DNA of 64,000 nucleotides from Candidatus Poribacteria bacterium (GCA_026710795.1 JAPOQK010000007.1:14546-78545), one strand, 5' to 3'. Positions 1-9,811 are shown, counted from the first letter of the stretch. Notes: a model not told the origin generated them from the sequence alone. Numbers and translations: made by a program.

Positions 1-20
1 GAATTTCTGGAGGAAACGGA

Positions 21-608
21 ATGAGGTATTTTACAAGTATCTGTATACTTTTTATCTGTCTAAGTATCGGTGGCTGTAGGTTGGCTCAGGTATTATCAAC
101 GCAGTATAGCGAGAATATTGCAAGTGTCAATTACGGTACAGAAGCAAACCATCCTGGTTTGAACGATGGTAACCTTGAGACTATAGCAACTCTTCCTGCA
201 ACAAATGAACGTCACTTTATCATTAGATTTTCTGATGTCCAACCGGTACGCAAAATCATCGTACACAACGGTAACTTATTTCGATTTAAGATGGATTATC
301 TAAATCCTGAAACCGATGTATGGGAGACCTTCGACTCCGTAATTCAGCGGCGTGAACTTGATGGCAAACGTGCGCAATCTATGTTCGTCTTTGACAGATT
401 GAACTTTCACACACAGATGATCCGGATAACTGTGACGAGGACTGTAGACGATATTGTTGTGAATAAACTTAAAAAAGAACCGGGAGACAAAGTAGTTGAC
501 CAACGCACATCTTTTGGGGACCAATACCTTCCACATTATAGGGTGATACGACCTTCAATTGCTCAAATTCGAGAAATTGAGGTATATCATCTGACTAAAA
601 ATAAGTAA
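21..608 (+). CDS. Predicted lipoprotein with discoidin / galactose-binding-like domain
   Basis: 195-aa ORF with a signal peptide and lipobox (LSIGGC). The body resembles an F5/8 type C jelly-roll (LNDGNLET, IIRFSDVQPVRKIIVHNG). Motif recall only. Confidence 0.5.
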   Translation: MRYFTSICILFICLSIGGCRLAQVLSTQYSENIASVNYGTEANHPGLNDGNLETIATLPATNERHFIIRFSDVQPVRKIIVHNGNLFRFKMDYLNPETDVWETFDSVIQRRELDGKRAQSMFVFDRLNFHTQMIRITVTRTVDDIVVNKLKKEPGDKVVDQRTSFGDQYLPHYRVIRPSIAQIREIEVYHLTKNK

Positions 609-641
609 TATAATTCCAGTTCTTCAAGTTCCCTTTTTATT

Positions 642-3600
642 ATGACTTTCAATATGAAACACATTACTTTATTAACAGTCTTTTTGCTCTTTGTACTAAT
701 ATTGTCATTCTCTGCTGTTATTTCATCAGAAGCAATGCCTATCAGTGAAATAACACCCAGCAGTGGTAAAATTGAGTTGATAAGTGCTACCCAACAAGGG
801 ATCCTGTTACAACTCACTATTCCGAAATCAGTTTTTGAGATCAATACACTTGAACGTAATGGAAAACATTTCCAGACTCTTTCGTTCCGCGGTTGCCGTT
901 TCACGAGTGGATCAGACTTTCCCCGCTTACCAATACAAACTGCTTTGTTAGGGGTTCCACCCGACGTAAGTTTTACGGTGCGCATCGTTGAGAGCAGCGA
1001 CTTTAGCACGTATAAACTACAACACACCCTTGGAGATAAAAGGGTGATTTTAGGGCAACACTATCCTGATGGAACGGTGTTGACATCAGAATCAAGGACT
1101 AATTCAGTTTATACAACCAATCGCTTTTTTCCACAGAATCTTGCTAAGATAGGAGAAACGGGATGGATTAGAGAGAACCGTGTGCTTCCTATTCAACTGT
1201 ATCCTGTTCAATATAACCCTGTGAGCGGTGTTGTCAAACTCTACCATCAGCTTGTAGTTGAGGTGCAATTCAGCGGGTTACGTAACGCACCATCTGCTGT
1301 TCCGGGATTTTCTCAATCAGAATCTTCTGTATATGAAGAGATGTTTGGAAACCTACTAATCAATCCACAAACCGCTAAACAGTGGCGTGCTTCCAGTCTT
1401 AACGCTATTCCAAGAGGAGATTCTTCCAGAGATGGAACAGTCGGAGAAATCTCACCTTTCTCTGTGCCGAGTGCCCCTGCCATCACTACTCCACGATACA
1501 GAATCTATATCCTTAATTCAGGGATGTACCGCATAACTGCAAGTGATTTAGCAGCAGCTGGTGTTGATATAACAACCATCAGACCGTCTACACTGGCACT
1601 ATCAAATAAAGAAAAGCAGATACCGATTTATGTCCGGAACGCGGGTAACGGACAGACAATAGATGACACTTCTGGATTTGATGTAGATGGGGAAATTATC
1701 TTTTATGCACAACGTCATAGTGGTGAAAAAACATATTTTGACCCGTATACCGATCAGAATGTGTATTGGCTATCATGGAATGCTGGACCTGGACTCAGAA
1801 TGGAAACGACATTAATTTCAACAGAAATACCTGAACCAACTTTTGATACATCAGGTTTTCCAACAGATGGGTCAACTCTTTATCAACCAAGGAATTTTCT
1901 AACCCGTGTTCATGTTGAAAGGGATAATCAGTTTCGTCGATTTAAAAACTTTGGTTTGGAAACAGGGAGTGAGTTTGATGTGTTTGGGGACGGCATCCTT
2001 GAACGTGATTTCGGTATCAGTGCCTTACCTGATTTACCAGATGACAGTTGGTTTTGGGTACAGACAAGTGCAACAGAAATAAGCGACTTTTCGTTTACGA
2101 TCACTGGTGTGGCTGGAACTGGTCAAAAAGCCACAATGCGCGTCGCATTACACGGCAGATCAGAAGGTTCACATTTTACAGAAATGTGGTTGAATAAGGA
2201 CATCGTCCTTGGAAGACCTCGGTGGACTGGAGATACGGAATATCAGTTTGTGAACCAAGAAATTTCACAATCAGCACTCAAAAATGGTAGAAATATATTG
2301 AGTGCTGTTAGTCCTGAAGACCATGTGTTGGATCTGGTCCTGATGAACTGGTTTGAAATTGATTATTGGCGAACATTCGAGGCTAACTCAAATATATTAC
2401 CTTTTTCAATTACCTTACTGCCTGATGATGTGACCGGTGAAATAAATCCAAATTTTAGGGTTACCCTCAAAAACTTTACCGATCCTAATATAGAAATATA
2501 TGGCGTTGATGGCACACGTTATGTCGGCTTAGCTCCAAAAGAAGATGGGGATAATCCGGGGATTTACGAAGTCGTTTTTCAATCCACACGGATTGGAGGC
2601 GTGCCACAGTACCATCTTGGTGAATCGCTTAACCTTGACACATCTATCCAGTATATTGCACTGACTCGCGGCAAATACCGAAAGCCTCAAAAAATCATCA
2701 AGGATACACCCTCTGATTTACGCGGTCAACACAACGGCGCGGATTATATCATCATTACAGATTCAGAATTCATGCGAGATGTGGAGTTACTTGCTAACTT
2801 CCGTAGTAGACAAGGGTTGCGGACAATTGTGGTGGATGTCCAAAATATATATGATGAATTCAACTACGGAATTATCAATCCCTATGCGATCCGAGATTTT
2901 CTTAAGTATGCTTACGAAAACTGGCAACCACCTGCTCCTACTTACGTGTTGTTAGTCGGGGACGCAAGTCCAATAGATAAGACCAGTTTCGTACCTACGA
3001 TTCAGGTGCAAATCCCTGGGTACGGTTCTTCTTCAAGTGACCACCAGTTTGTCACCTTTCGTGGTGACGACTCTTTCCCAGACATGCTTATTGGAAGGGT
3101 GCCTGTTACAAATAGTGTTGATGCGCGAATATTCGTTGAACGTGCTATAAACTATGAAAGTATAGATAAAGTAGGTCCTTGGCATAAGCGTATATTAATG
3201 CTTGCAGGTTCAACAGAGGATTTTCATGCACAAACTGATATACTTGTTGAAGAGAGTAGACTTACTGAAAAATACGAAACTAAATTAATCTACGCACCTA
3301 CTACAGTTGATGATGAATTGCCCTTAGGTGAAGGTACAACTCCCGTCGGACGTCAAGTGATTGATGGGTTCAACGATGGTGCGAGTATTGTTAATTACGT
3401 TGGTCATGGTGCTGGTGGTAGATGGGCATCCAGCCGTATGATGGACTTAGAGGATCCACACAAGAACTTAATCAACATCTCACAACTACCTTTTGTAATT
3501 AGTATGACCTGTTTTACCGGTGAATTTGACAGCAAAACAGGTTGTCTTGCAGAAGAATTTCTCCGTTCTGAAAGTGGTGGTGCAATCGGAGTTATCGGTG

Positions 3601-5900
3601 GTACAAGTGTAGGGTTATTATGGGAAGATCATGTTCTCAATAAAGAGATATTCAAGGTGATTTTTAGTGATAAAACACCGCATCTTGGTGCTATACTTGC
3701 AGAGGCAAAGATGCAGTTTTTATTCAATCTGCCAGGGTACCTTGATCTGGCAGAAGTGTTTACCCTTTTCGGTGATCCTGCGACACGATTAAGATTACCA
3801 CATACACAGATGCAGCTGCAGGTGGAAACAGATAAAGTTTTACATAGGGATGTTTTCGATGCAGGCACTTTATTATCTGTTTCTGGCACAATACCCAACC
3901 CAAATTTTAGTGGAGATGTAGAGATAACAGTTCTGCCAAATCCAACAGATAGAGAAGGTAAGAGGAATCGGGCAACTTTTGATTCGTCCTTGACAGATCC
4001 TCGTAGAATGGATGTTACGCCACGCGTGGAAACTGTGCCAGTAATGAACGGACAGTTCAAAGCACAATTTCAAATTCCATATAACAGTGCTTTCGAATCT
4101 TGGAATCTTAGGACTTATGCTTGGAATGCTGAAGAAGATGCAATAGGATACACGGCTTATACGACGTTAAATCAGTATATAAATAATGTCCGACTTGAAC
4201 CATTTCCTGTTCTCCCCGATCAACCTGTCCATGTTTATGTTGATGTAGTCAATGTAAGTTCGATTGAAGACATAACGTTATATTGGAGTCCGTATCTAAT
4301 AGAATCTCGGCGCGATGAGGCTGACCCATTACCGTTGGTGCTACACGAAGGAACAACCTATAGAACTGAACAACCTATTCCCGCACATTCATCTGGCGAA
4401 TTGATCGATTATTACTTACTCGTCAAGACTAAGGAGGGACGTATACTTCAAACAGAGGTTGTTACCTATACAGTGGGAGAAGCAGCAGACCTCACTGTTA
4501 TAGAAAACACTATAAGTTGGGAAACGGATGCCCCTTACCACCTTTCTGCGCATATCAAAAATCTTGGTGCCATCAATGCTAAAAATATACCTGTTCGCTT
4601 TTTCCAAATGCCAGCAACTGATGACTCGGAAACACAAGAGGTAACGCTGGAGATGCTTCAGAATGCAACACCTATCGGAGAAGTCCGAATACTTCCAGAG
4701 ATTCCACCACAAGGGTATGTTGTAGCCAGTGTGCCGTGGCAACCTGAACCCGGTACATATCTTGTCACGGTATTTGCGGATATGCCTACAGAACGACAAC
4801 CGGAAGGAATTATTCCTGAACGGAGAGAGAGTAATAACAGCGCATCACGGGTCTTTGTAAATAACCGTGTTTTCATCTCAACCGAAAATATTGACAAGCC
4901 GATAGAGAGTTTGGATGGTATGTTTCGTATTACGATTCCACCGAGAAGTCTCAATACACAAAATGCGATGACATTTGAAACGGAACCGTTGACGATAAAT
5001 AATCAACCTGATATTGATCATGTTCCTATAGGTGACGAAGATGGCTATCCTACCGCCTACCGTCTCGAATTCAGCAAACCAACGGAATTGATTGGAACAG
5101 CGACGTTTGTGAAAAGCGTAAGTGATGACCTATATATCTATATGTTGGATGATGAAACAGGAAACTGGATTCGGATTGGGAAGCAGATAGATGACGGTGA
5201 GACTATCTCAGCCGAGGTTAAACTGCCGGGGACATTCGCTTTACTGTCTCATACTGATTCTCAACCGCCCTCCGTGGAAGTAAATGTTGAAGATCAAGGG
5301 TTCATTGATGGTGATTATATTTCCGAAACACCTATTATCACAGGAAAAATAGAGGATGCAAACGGTATTGACCCCCGCCCAGAAAGCATCATTCTTACTA
5401 AGAATGGCAATCATGTTCCACAAGATGAGTATACAATATCCGCTTCTCCAGCCAGTAGCAACATTATTCTTATAACTTATTCTCCTACAGATGCATTGGA
5501 AGCCGGTGAATACAGAATTAGATTACAGGCACAAGATGCTAACGGAAATGTGGAGGATTCGACGTTAACAGCAAAAGTCGCTGGTGGATTTGAGATAAAA
5601 AACATTGCTAACTTTCCTAATCCATTCCGTCCTGGACAAGGTGCTGGAAAGGGGACGGACTTTGCCTACTATCTCACGGGAGGGGCAGATAAAGTGAGTC
5701 TCAAGATTTATACCCTCACCGGTAAGCTTATTACGACTATTGATACGCTTGATGCGTCAATTTCTTACAACGAATACCACTTTGATGGTTTAGATGCCGA
5801 CGGTGATCCTCTTGCTAATGGTGTTTATATCTATAAATTTACTGCCACTAAAGGTGATGATCGTGCACAAAAAGTGGGTAAGATAGTTGTACTGAAGTAG
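642..5900 (+). CDS. Giant peptidase C25 (gingipain-family) cysteine peptidase-like protein with FlgD-Ig / T9SS-type C-terminal domain
   Basis: 1752-aa ORF with an N-terminal signal anchor. C25 catalytic-type motifs are present: NYVGHGAGGRW (His) and ISMTCFTGEFD (Cys), preceded by ADYIIITD...LLVGDAS. The C-terminus (NFPNPFRPG...VSLKIYTLTGKLI...NGVYIYKFTA) is typical of FlgD-Ig-like sorting domains. Confidence 0.85.
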   Translation: MTFNMKHITLLTVFLLFVLILSFSAVISSEAMPISEITPSSGKIELISATQQGILLQLTIPKSVFEINTLERNGKHFQTLSFRGCRFTSGSDFPRLPIQTALLGVPPDVSFTVRIVESSDFSTYKLQHTLGDKRVILGQHYPDGTVLTSESRTNSVYTTNRFFPQNLAKIGETGWIRENRVLPIQLYPVQYNPVSGVVKLYHQLVVEVQFSGLRNAPSAVPGFSQSESSVYEEMFGNLLINPQTAKQWRASSLNAIPRGDSSRDGTVGEISPFSVPSAPAITTPRYRIYILNSGMYRITASDLAAAGVDITTIRPSTLALSNKEKQIPIYVRNAGNGQTIDDTSGFDVDGEIIFYAQRHSGEKTYFDPYTDQNVYWLSWNAGPGLRMETTLISTEIPEPTFDTSGFPTDGSTLYQPRNFLTRVHVERDNQFRRFKNFGLETGSEFDVFGDGILERDFGISALPDLPDDSWFWVQTSATEISDFSFTITGVAGTGQKATMRVALHGRSEGSHFTEMWLNKDIVLGRPRWTGDTEYQFVNQEISQSALKNGRNILSAVSPEDHVLDLVLMNWFEIDYWRTFEANSNILPFSITLLPDDVTGEINPNFRVTLKNFTDPNIEIYGVDGTRYVGLAPKEDGDNPGIYEVVFQSTRIGGVPQYHLGESLNLDTSIQYIALTRGKYRKPQKIIKDTPSDLRGQHNGADYIIITDSEFMRDVELLANFRSRQGLRTIVVDVQNIYDEFNYGIINPYAIRDFLKYAYENWQPPAPTYVLLVGDASPIDKTSFVPTIQVQIPGYGSSSSDHQFVTFRGDDSFPDMLIGRVPVTNSVDARIFVERAINYESIDKVGPWHKRILMLAGSTEDFHAQTDILVEESRLTEKYETKLIYAPTTVDDELPLGEGTTPVGRQVIDGFNDGASIVNYVGHGAGGRWASSRMMDLEDPHKNLINISQLPFVISMTCFTGEFDSKTGCLAEEFLRSESGGAIGVIGGTSVGLLWEDHVLNKEIFKVIFSDKTPHLGAILAEAKMQFLFNLPGYLDLAEVFTLFGDPATRLRLPHTQMQLQVETDKVLHRDVFDAGTLLSVSGTIPNPNFSGDVEITVLPNPTDREGKRNRATFDSSLTDPRRMDVTPRVETVPVMNGQFKAQFQIPYNSAFESWNLRTYAWNAEEDAIGYTAYTTLNQYINNVRLEPFPVLPDQPVHVYVDVVNVSSIEDITLYWSPYLIESRRDEADPLPLVLHEGTTYRTEQPIPAHSSGELIDYYLLVKTKEGRILQTEVVTYTVGEAADLTVIENTISWETDAPYHLSAHIKNLGAINAKNIPVRFFQMPATDDSETQEVTLEMLQNATPIGEVRILPEIPPQGYVVASVPWQPEPGTYLVTVFADMPTERQPEGIIPERRESNNSASRVFVNNRVFISTENIDKPIESLDGMFRITIPPRSLNTQNAMTFETEPLTINNQPDIDHVPIGDEDGYPTAYRLEFSKPTELIGTATFVKSVSDDLYIYMLDDETGNWIRIGKQIDDGETISAEVKLPGTFALLSHTDSQPPSVEVNVEDQGFIDGDYISETPIITGKIEDANGIDPRPESIILTKNGNHVPQDEYTISASPASSNIILITYSPTDALEAGEYRIRLQAQDANGNVEDSTLTAKVAGGFEIKNIANFPNPFRPGQGAGKGTDFAYYLTGGADKVSLKIYTLTGKLITTIDTLDASISYNEYHFDGLDADGDPLANGVYIYKFTATKGDDRAQKVGKIVVLK

Positions 5901-5902
5901 GG

Positions 5903-6883
5903 TTATGTCTCCCGTCCAAACACTAACACATCATAATGCTGTCCAAGATGCGAAAAATGATTTTTAAACCTCCCTTCACAGGCAAATCCTGCCGTTTCTA
6001 ATATCCGCCCTTTCTGCTCTGCGCTGCTATCAACGTAACACTGAACTTTCAACTCAGGAAACTTCAAGGATTCAAGTAACTCGGGAACAGAATCTATAAA
6101 GTTAGGATGAAAAAAGAGATCAAGGAGTGCTATATTATCTCGCCACCGACTATCTCTACATACCGTTGCCCAACCCACAATTGTACTGTCCTCGGTAACC
6201 AACAGTTTGGCATCATCAAAAACATCGTCCGTTTCCAAAGAGTGTTTAAAAGTCAGAAACCCTCCTTCAAAATTCGTGGGTCCATATACATTCCATATCA
6301 GGCTGCGTAACGTGTCTGATCCAACGATGCCAGATAACGCTGTCAACTTTGGCCAATCGTGCCATTCTACAGGTTTTGTGTATGCGGTGGTGGGTGCGAA
6401 GTAGGTTTCCTCAAAATCGTTATTTTCATAATACTTCATAAACCCCGATTCTGGTATAACACTTTCAAATCCGAAATTGTGGTAGATATGATATGGGTGC
6501 CCGTCGTAGCCTGTTCCAAGGTAAAGTGCGCGTCCGTTTCTTTGTCTAAAATCATCCATCTGATATTCCATTGTCCCTTTACACGCACCTTTTCTACGCT
6601 GATCCGGCAATGTAAAGACATGTCCTAAAATACCGATACCTTCATGTTCAACCGTCATGATGTTTGTGATTATCTGTCCCTCAATTTTTCCAACATAGAA
6701 ACGGGTTTCCAATTCATCTAATGTTTCTGTAACGCACCGTTCAATATGCCACTTGAAGTTACCTGGTTTATGTCCGAGAAATTTCTTTATCTCTTCCGCA
6801 TACGATTCATCAGGCACACTAAGCATACCAACTTCCATGCTTTCCCCGGTTTTCAGTTTTATTTCATCCAGTTTTACGTACAT
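5903..6883 (-). CDS. GNAT-family N-acetyltransferase domain protein
   Basis: 326-aa ORF with an acetyl-CoA-binding-type motif (LPDQRRKGACKGTM...YHNFGFES). It is convergent with the C25 gene, with a 2-nt gap. Confidence 0.65.
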   Translation of the reverse strand: MYVKLDEIKLKTGESMEVGMLSVPDESYAEEIKKFLGHKPGNFKWHIERCVTETLDELETRFYVGKIEGQIITNIMTVEHEGIGILGHVFTLPDQRRKGACKGTMEYQMDDFRQRNGRALYLGTGYDGHPYHIYHNFGFESVIPESGFMKYYENNDFEETYFAPTTAYTKPVEWHDWPKLTALSGIVGSDTLRSLIWNVYGPTNFEGGFLTFKHSLETDDVFDDAKLLVTEDSTIVGWATVCRDSRWRDNIALLDLFFHPNFIDSVPELLESLKFPELKVQCYVDSSAEQKGRILETAGFACEGRFKNHFSHLGQHYDVLVFGRET

Positions 6884-7049
6884 TTTTACCTCAATACCCT
6901 ACCTTAGAACAATTCAATTCTCCAGTAGTTGTTATTTTCTGATTATATCTCTCCGCTGTTGGAGCGATTTCACTGTTACGACTGTTCAACAATGCGTGGT
7001 ATCCTTTTTTCTGAAAATAGGGTGTCACGGTAAACACGGATGTACACGT

Positions 7050-7340
7050 TTACCATCTTTTCTATGTGTATAAAATGTGACCTTTTGCACGTCACTGTGA
7101 CGTTTTGAATCCAGTCAGGACAAGGAAAGTGACGCGAATTTAGCGTTTTTTTTTTGCCCCTTTTTTGTTTGTTTTGATCATTCTAATTTATGCAAATTGT
7201 TACACATGCAGCAAGAAACGTAGAAGGCGATATGTATCTATATTCTAAACATGTGTTAATTATATAGTATTCTTTTGTGTGTGTCAAATTAAAAAGTGGA
7301 ATTTTGTATTGGATATATATTGTTTTTAGGTTTATATCTG
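7050..7340. repeat. Promoter-plus-leader repeat, copy A (homologous to 50950-51365)
   Basis: Blocks alignable with copy B: atgtg.tataaa.tgtgac.ttttgcacgtcac..tgtgac, cagtcaggacaaggaa.gtgacgcgaattt..cgttttttt, ttgtta.acatg, and ttctaaaca.tgttaattata.agtat.ttttgtgtgtgtcaaattaaaaagtg.aa. Confidence 0.8.
7259..7287 (-). promoter_or_regulatory. Consensus sigma70-type promoter TTGACA-N17-TATAAT, reading toward the GNAT gene
   Basis: The plus strand has attata (7259-7264) and tgtcaa (7282-7287) separated by exactly 17 nt. On the minus strand this reads TTGACA-17-TATAAT, with an A/T-rich upstream tract. Confidence 0.6.
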
Positions 7341-7488
7341 ATATGATATTCTACACAGTTCCCATAAATCAACGCTGTGAATGCCCTATTGGCATTCAGT
7401 GGGTGTCAATTTAAGGGAATCAATCTTGTCTAAACCAGGATTTTCAGGATTAGTTTCTTCATAGATAAATGTTTATTTATAGTGAACT

Positions 7489-7800
7489 TTAGAATTAACG
7501 GGACATTTTGAGATGTCCGAGGGAACTCCTATTCCCGATTATCAGTGAGTTTCATCGCGATTCGGAGATCGCTCCTACAGAATGTAAGATGTCATAGGTC
7601 GCTGTGTTCACTCCGACCTACGAAGACTAATCTCTACCATAGTTTGCGTATAATGGGGCACAATCTAACAGATTGTGCTACAAAAACCATACTAAAACCT
7701 CTCACATTCTGTAGAGCGATCTCCGAATCGCGACAGAACTTAGGAACAGCGGGGAATCGGAGTTCCCTCCTACAGTTCAGGAATGTAGCGTTAATTCTAA
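7489..7800. repeat. Long nested imperfect palindrome built from REP-like units
   Basis: Three nested arm pairs: tagaattaacg (7489) with cgttaattcta (7789); gggaactcctattcccg (7522) with ggggaatcggagttccc (7751); tcgcgattcggagatcgctcctacagaatgt (7555) with acattctgtagagcgatctccgaatcgcga (7705). The centre carries the hairpin gcacaatctaacagattgtgc (7668-7690). Confidence 0.8.
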
Positions 7801-8066
7801 TCTCTACCATAGAATTACCCTGTGCATATCAATCATAAAAACTTATGCAATGACATAATATATAGCCTAAGCAATCTTGTAAATCTTGGTTCTGACAGAC
7901 AGAAAACCCTACAAATCATACATCAAATCGTGTAAAAACCGATTCATTCTCTTATGTTGACACCTATGGGTTTGCAAAGTAATACCCAACCTACAACACA
8001 TAAACGTTTGTGTTAAATTCATCAGAAAACCAAAAACTAAATATGCCTATTCTTACCTTAAAAAAG

Positions 8067-8095
8067 TTGACAAATATTTTGTTATATCATATACT
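8067..8095 (+). promoter_or_regulatory. Sigma70-type promoter TTGACA-N17-TATACT upstream of ndk
   Basis: ttgaca at 8067-8072, a 17-nt spacer, and tatact at 8090-8095, about 77 nt before the ndk ATG. Confidence 0.55.
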
Positions 8096-8171
8096 TAAAA
8101 AAATTGGGTGTCAATAACAGACATCAATTTGAAAACATAGGAATCTGCTTTTTTATTTAAACGGAGTTGAA

Positions 8172-8591
8172 ATGGAAATAGAACAGACACTGATTCTGGT
8201 GAAACCAGATGGTATTCAACGCGGACTTATCGGAGAGATCATTTCCCGCTATGAACGAAAAGGACTTAAACTTATTGGACTGAAATTGTTGCAATTCTCA
8301 CGCGTTAAAGCGGAGGAACTTTACGCTATACATAAAGGGCAACCATTTTATGATAGGCTCATTGAATTCATGATCTCAGCACCTATAGTTGCATTTGTTG
8401 TTGAAGGTGCGAACGCTATTCAATTAGCACGAATCATCAACGGCGCGACGGATCCTGTTGAATCCGAACCGGGGAGTATTCGTGGAGATTATTCAACTAA
8501 TATTACACGTAATCTTGTACACGCCTCGGATTGTCCTGAAAACGCCAAATATGAAATACCCATTCTGTTTTCACCAGAAGAACTCTGTTAA
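8172..8591 (+). CDS. ndk: Nucleoside diphosphate kinase
   Basis: 139 aa. Motifs TLILVKPDG, GATDP and GSIRGDY are present, with the active-site region NLVHASD. Confidence 0.95.
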   Translation: MEIEQTLILVKPDGIQRGLIGEIISRYERKGLKLIGLKLLQFSRVKAEELYAIHKGQPFYDRLIEFMISAPIVAFVVEGANAIQLARIINGATDPVESEPGSIRGDYSTNITRNLVHASDCPENAKYEIPILFSPEELC

Positions 8592-8808
8592 TACTGATGA
8601 ATTTTACATAATAACAATTAGTATTTGTTAACATTTTAAGTATCAAACATCATTATATATCCATCTCAATGAGATGAATATAAGGAAGTTGATTATAACC
8701 TTAAACTATAGCACATGTTGACAAAACTTGGCTCCCGTAAAGCGTTAATCAGGGAACTTGTATTCGTCAAACTTTGATTTACAGATCAGTTAATATAGGA
8801 GGTTAATA

Positions 8809-9618
8809 ATGAAAAGAGTTAATATGTTGAGAACATCTAATGGAGGCATTAGGAATTTTATCTTCATTATGATGATACTGTTTGTTGGTATCGCGTTCAG
8901 TGTGTATGCTGCAAAAGAGGACTGCACAAATCTTGACGGTGATGGTGCTAAACCTCTTAAAGAAGTTGCAGAAGAAGACGCTGGTGTTCAAAATGATTAC
9001 GATGAAGTTGTTGAAGAAGATGATCGTAAAGGAGTTGTCTACCTTGCTTTGATTGGTGGCAGCCAACCAAAGGCAAATGCATGTGGACTTACTCCGAGTA
9101 ATGACGCAGGTGCGTGGACAGGTTGGGGTGGACCTTTAAACTTTGACAATGCTACCATCGGTGAAGGAGCTGCAACCCGAAACCATATTGTGATCGGTGG
9201 CACTTATTTCGAACGTGGTTTAGGAGCGCATGCAATTGGTACTTTTGTATATGATTTATCCGGAGATAAATACCTCAAATTTGAGGCGTATGTCGGCATG
9301 TCCGATGAAAAAGACCCAGGTGATTGTGGTCATGGTGGTAGTAGTGATTTCACATTTACTATTGACGGAAATCAAGCCTTCAAATCCGAGACGCTTAAAG
9401 GTACGGATGGTGGAGAAAATGTTGAAGCTGTCAAAGTTGAATTTGATATCCCCTCAAACGCCAAAGAACTCACAATTGTGATGGGTGATGGTGGTGATGG
9501 AAATGGCTGCGACCATTCTGCAATTGGAGATGCTAAACTTCTTACCGCACAAGCACTTGCGGTTGAACCTGCTAACAAACTCCCAACAATTTGGGGAAGC
9601 TTGAAAGCAAGGTATTAA
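8809..9618 (+). CDS. Secreted NPCBM-like (carbohydrate-binding module) domain protein
   Basis: 269 aa with RBS aggagg 6 nt upstream and a signal/TM segment. The C-terminal part (GLGAHAIGTFVYDLSG..YLKFEAYVGMSD..FTFTIDG...LTIVMGDGGDGNGCDHSAIGDAKL) matches the NPCBM pattern as I recall it. Confidence 0.65.
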   Translation: MKRVNMLRTSNGGIRNFIFIMMILFVGIAFSVYAAKEDCTNLDGDGAKPLKEVAEEDAGVQNDYDEVVEEDDRKGVVYLALIGGSQPKANACGLTPSNDAGAWTGWGGPLNFDNATIGEGAATRNHIVIGGTYFERGLGAHAIGTFVYDLSGDKYLKFEAYVGMSDEKDPGDCGHGGSSDFTFTIDGNQAFKSETLKGTDGGENVEAVKVEFDIPSNAKELTIVMGDGGDGNGCDHSAIGDAKLLTAQALAVEPANKLPTIWGSLKARY

Positions 9619-9683
9619 GATTATAGACAGTTATTCATAACAGTTTGTGTTTTTTTACCTAAACCTATACATTAGTCTTATCT

Positions 9684-9736
9684 AATCCTGCTTCAGTCAA
9701 ATCGCAATGTGTCCTGGCTGAAGCAGGATTTTTTAT
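9684..9736 (+). terminator. Rho-independent terminator after the NPCBM gene
   Basis: Stem aatcctgcttcag / ctgaagcaggatt (13 bp) followed by tttttt. Confidence 0.75.
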
Positions 9737-9782
9737 TGCTATATGTTCTATCCTCCGAATTCTAAACAATACTTGAAAACGA

Positions 9783-9811
9783 TTGAAATCCAACACCTGT
9801 TATGGTAAAAT
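9783..9811 (+). promoter_or_regulatory. Candidate acnA promoter TTGAAA-N17-TAAAAT
   Basis: ttgaaa at 9783-9788, a 17-nt spacer, and taaaat at 9806-9811. The -10 element lies in the sequence duplicated by the adjacent MITE insertion. Confidence 0.4.

Noticed and set aside
587-5423. Antisense ORFs inside the C25 gene (587-1027, 3629-4060, 3873-4073, 4416-4799, 4658-4954, 5241-5423)
   Set aside because: All are embedded antisense in a long, motif-supported CDS. The same reasoning applies to the other short antisense ORFs in the track, such as 16322-16588, 19359-19772, 28783-29167 and 52287-53024.
7545-7838. 97-aa ORF on the plus strand
   Set aside because: It lies entirely within the nested palindromic REP-like repeat (7489-7800). 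It has no RBS, and its sequence is dictated by the inverted-repeat arms, so it is a spurious ORF.
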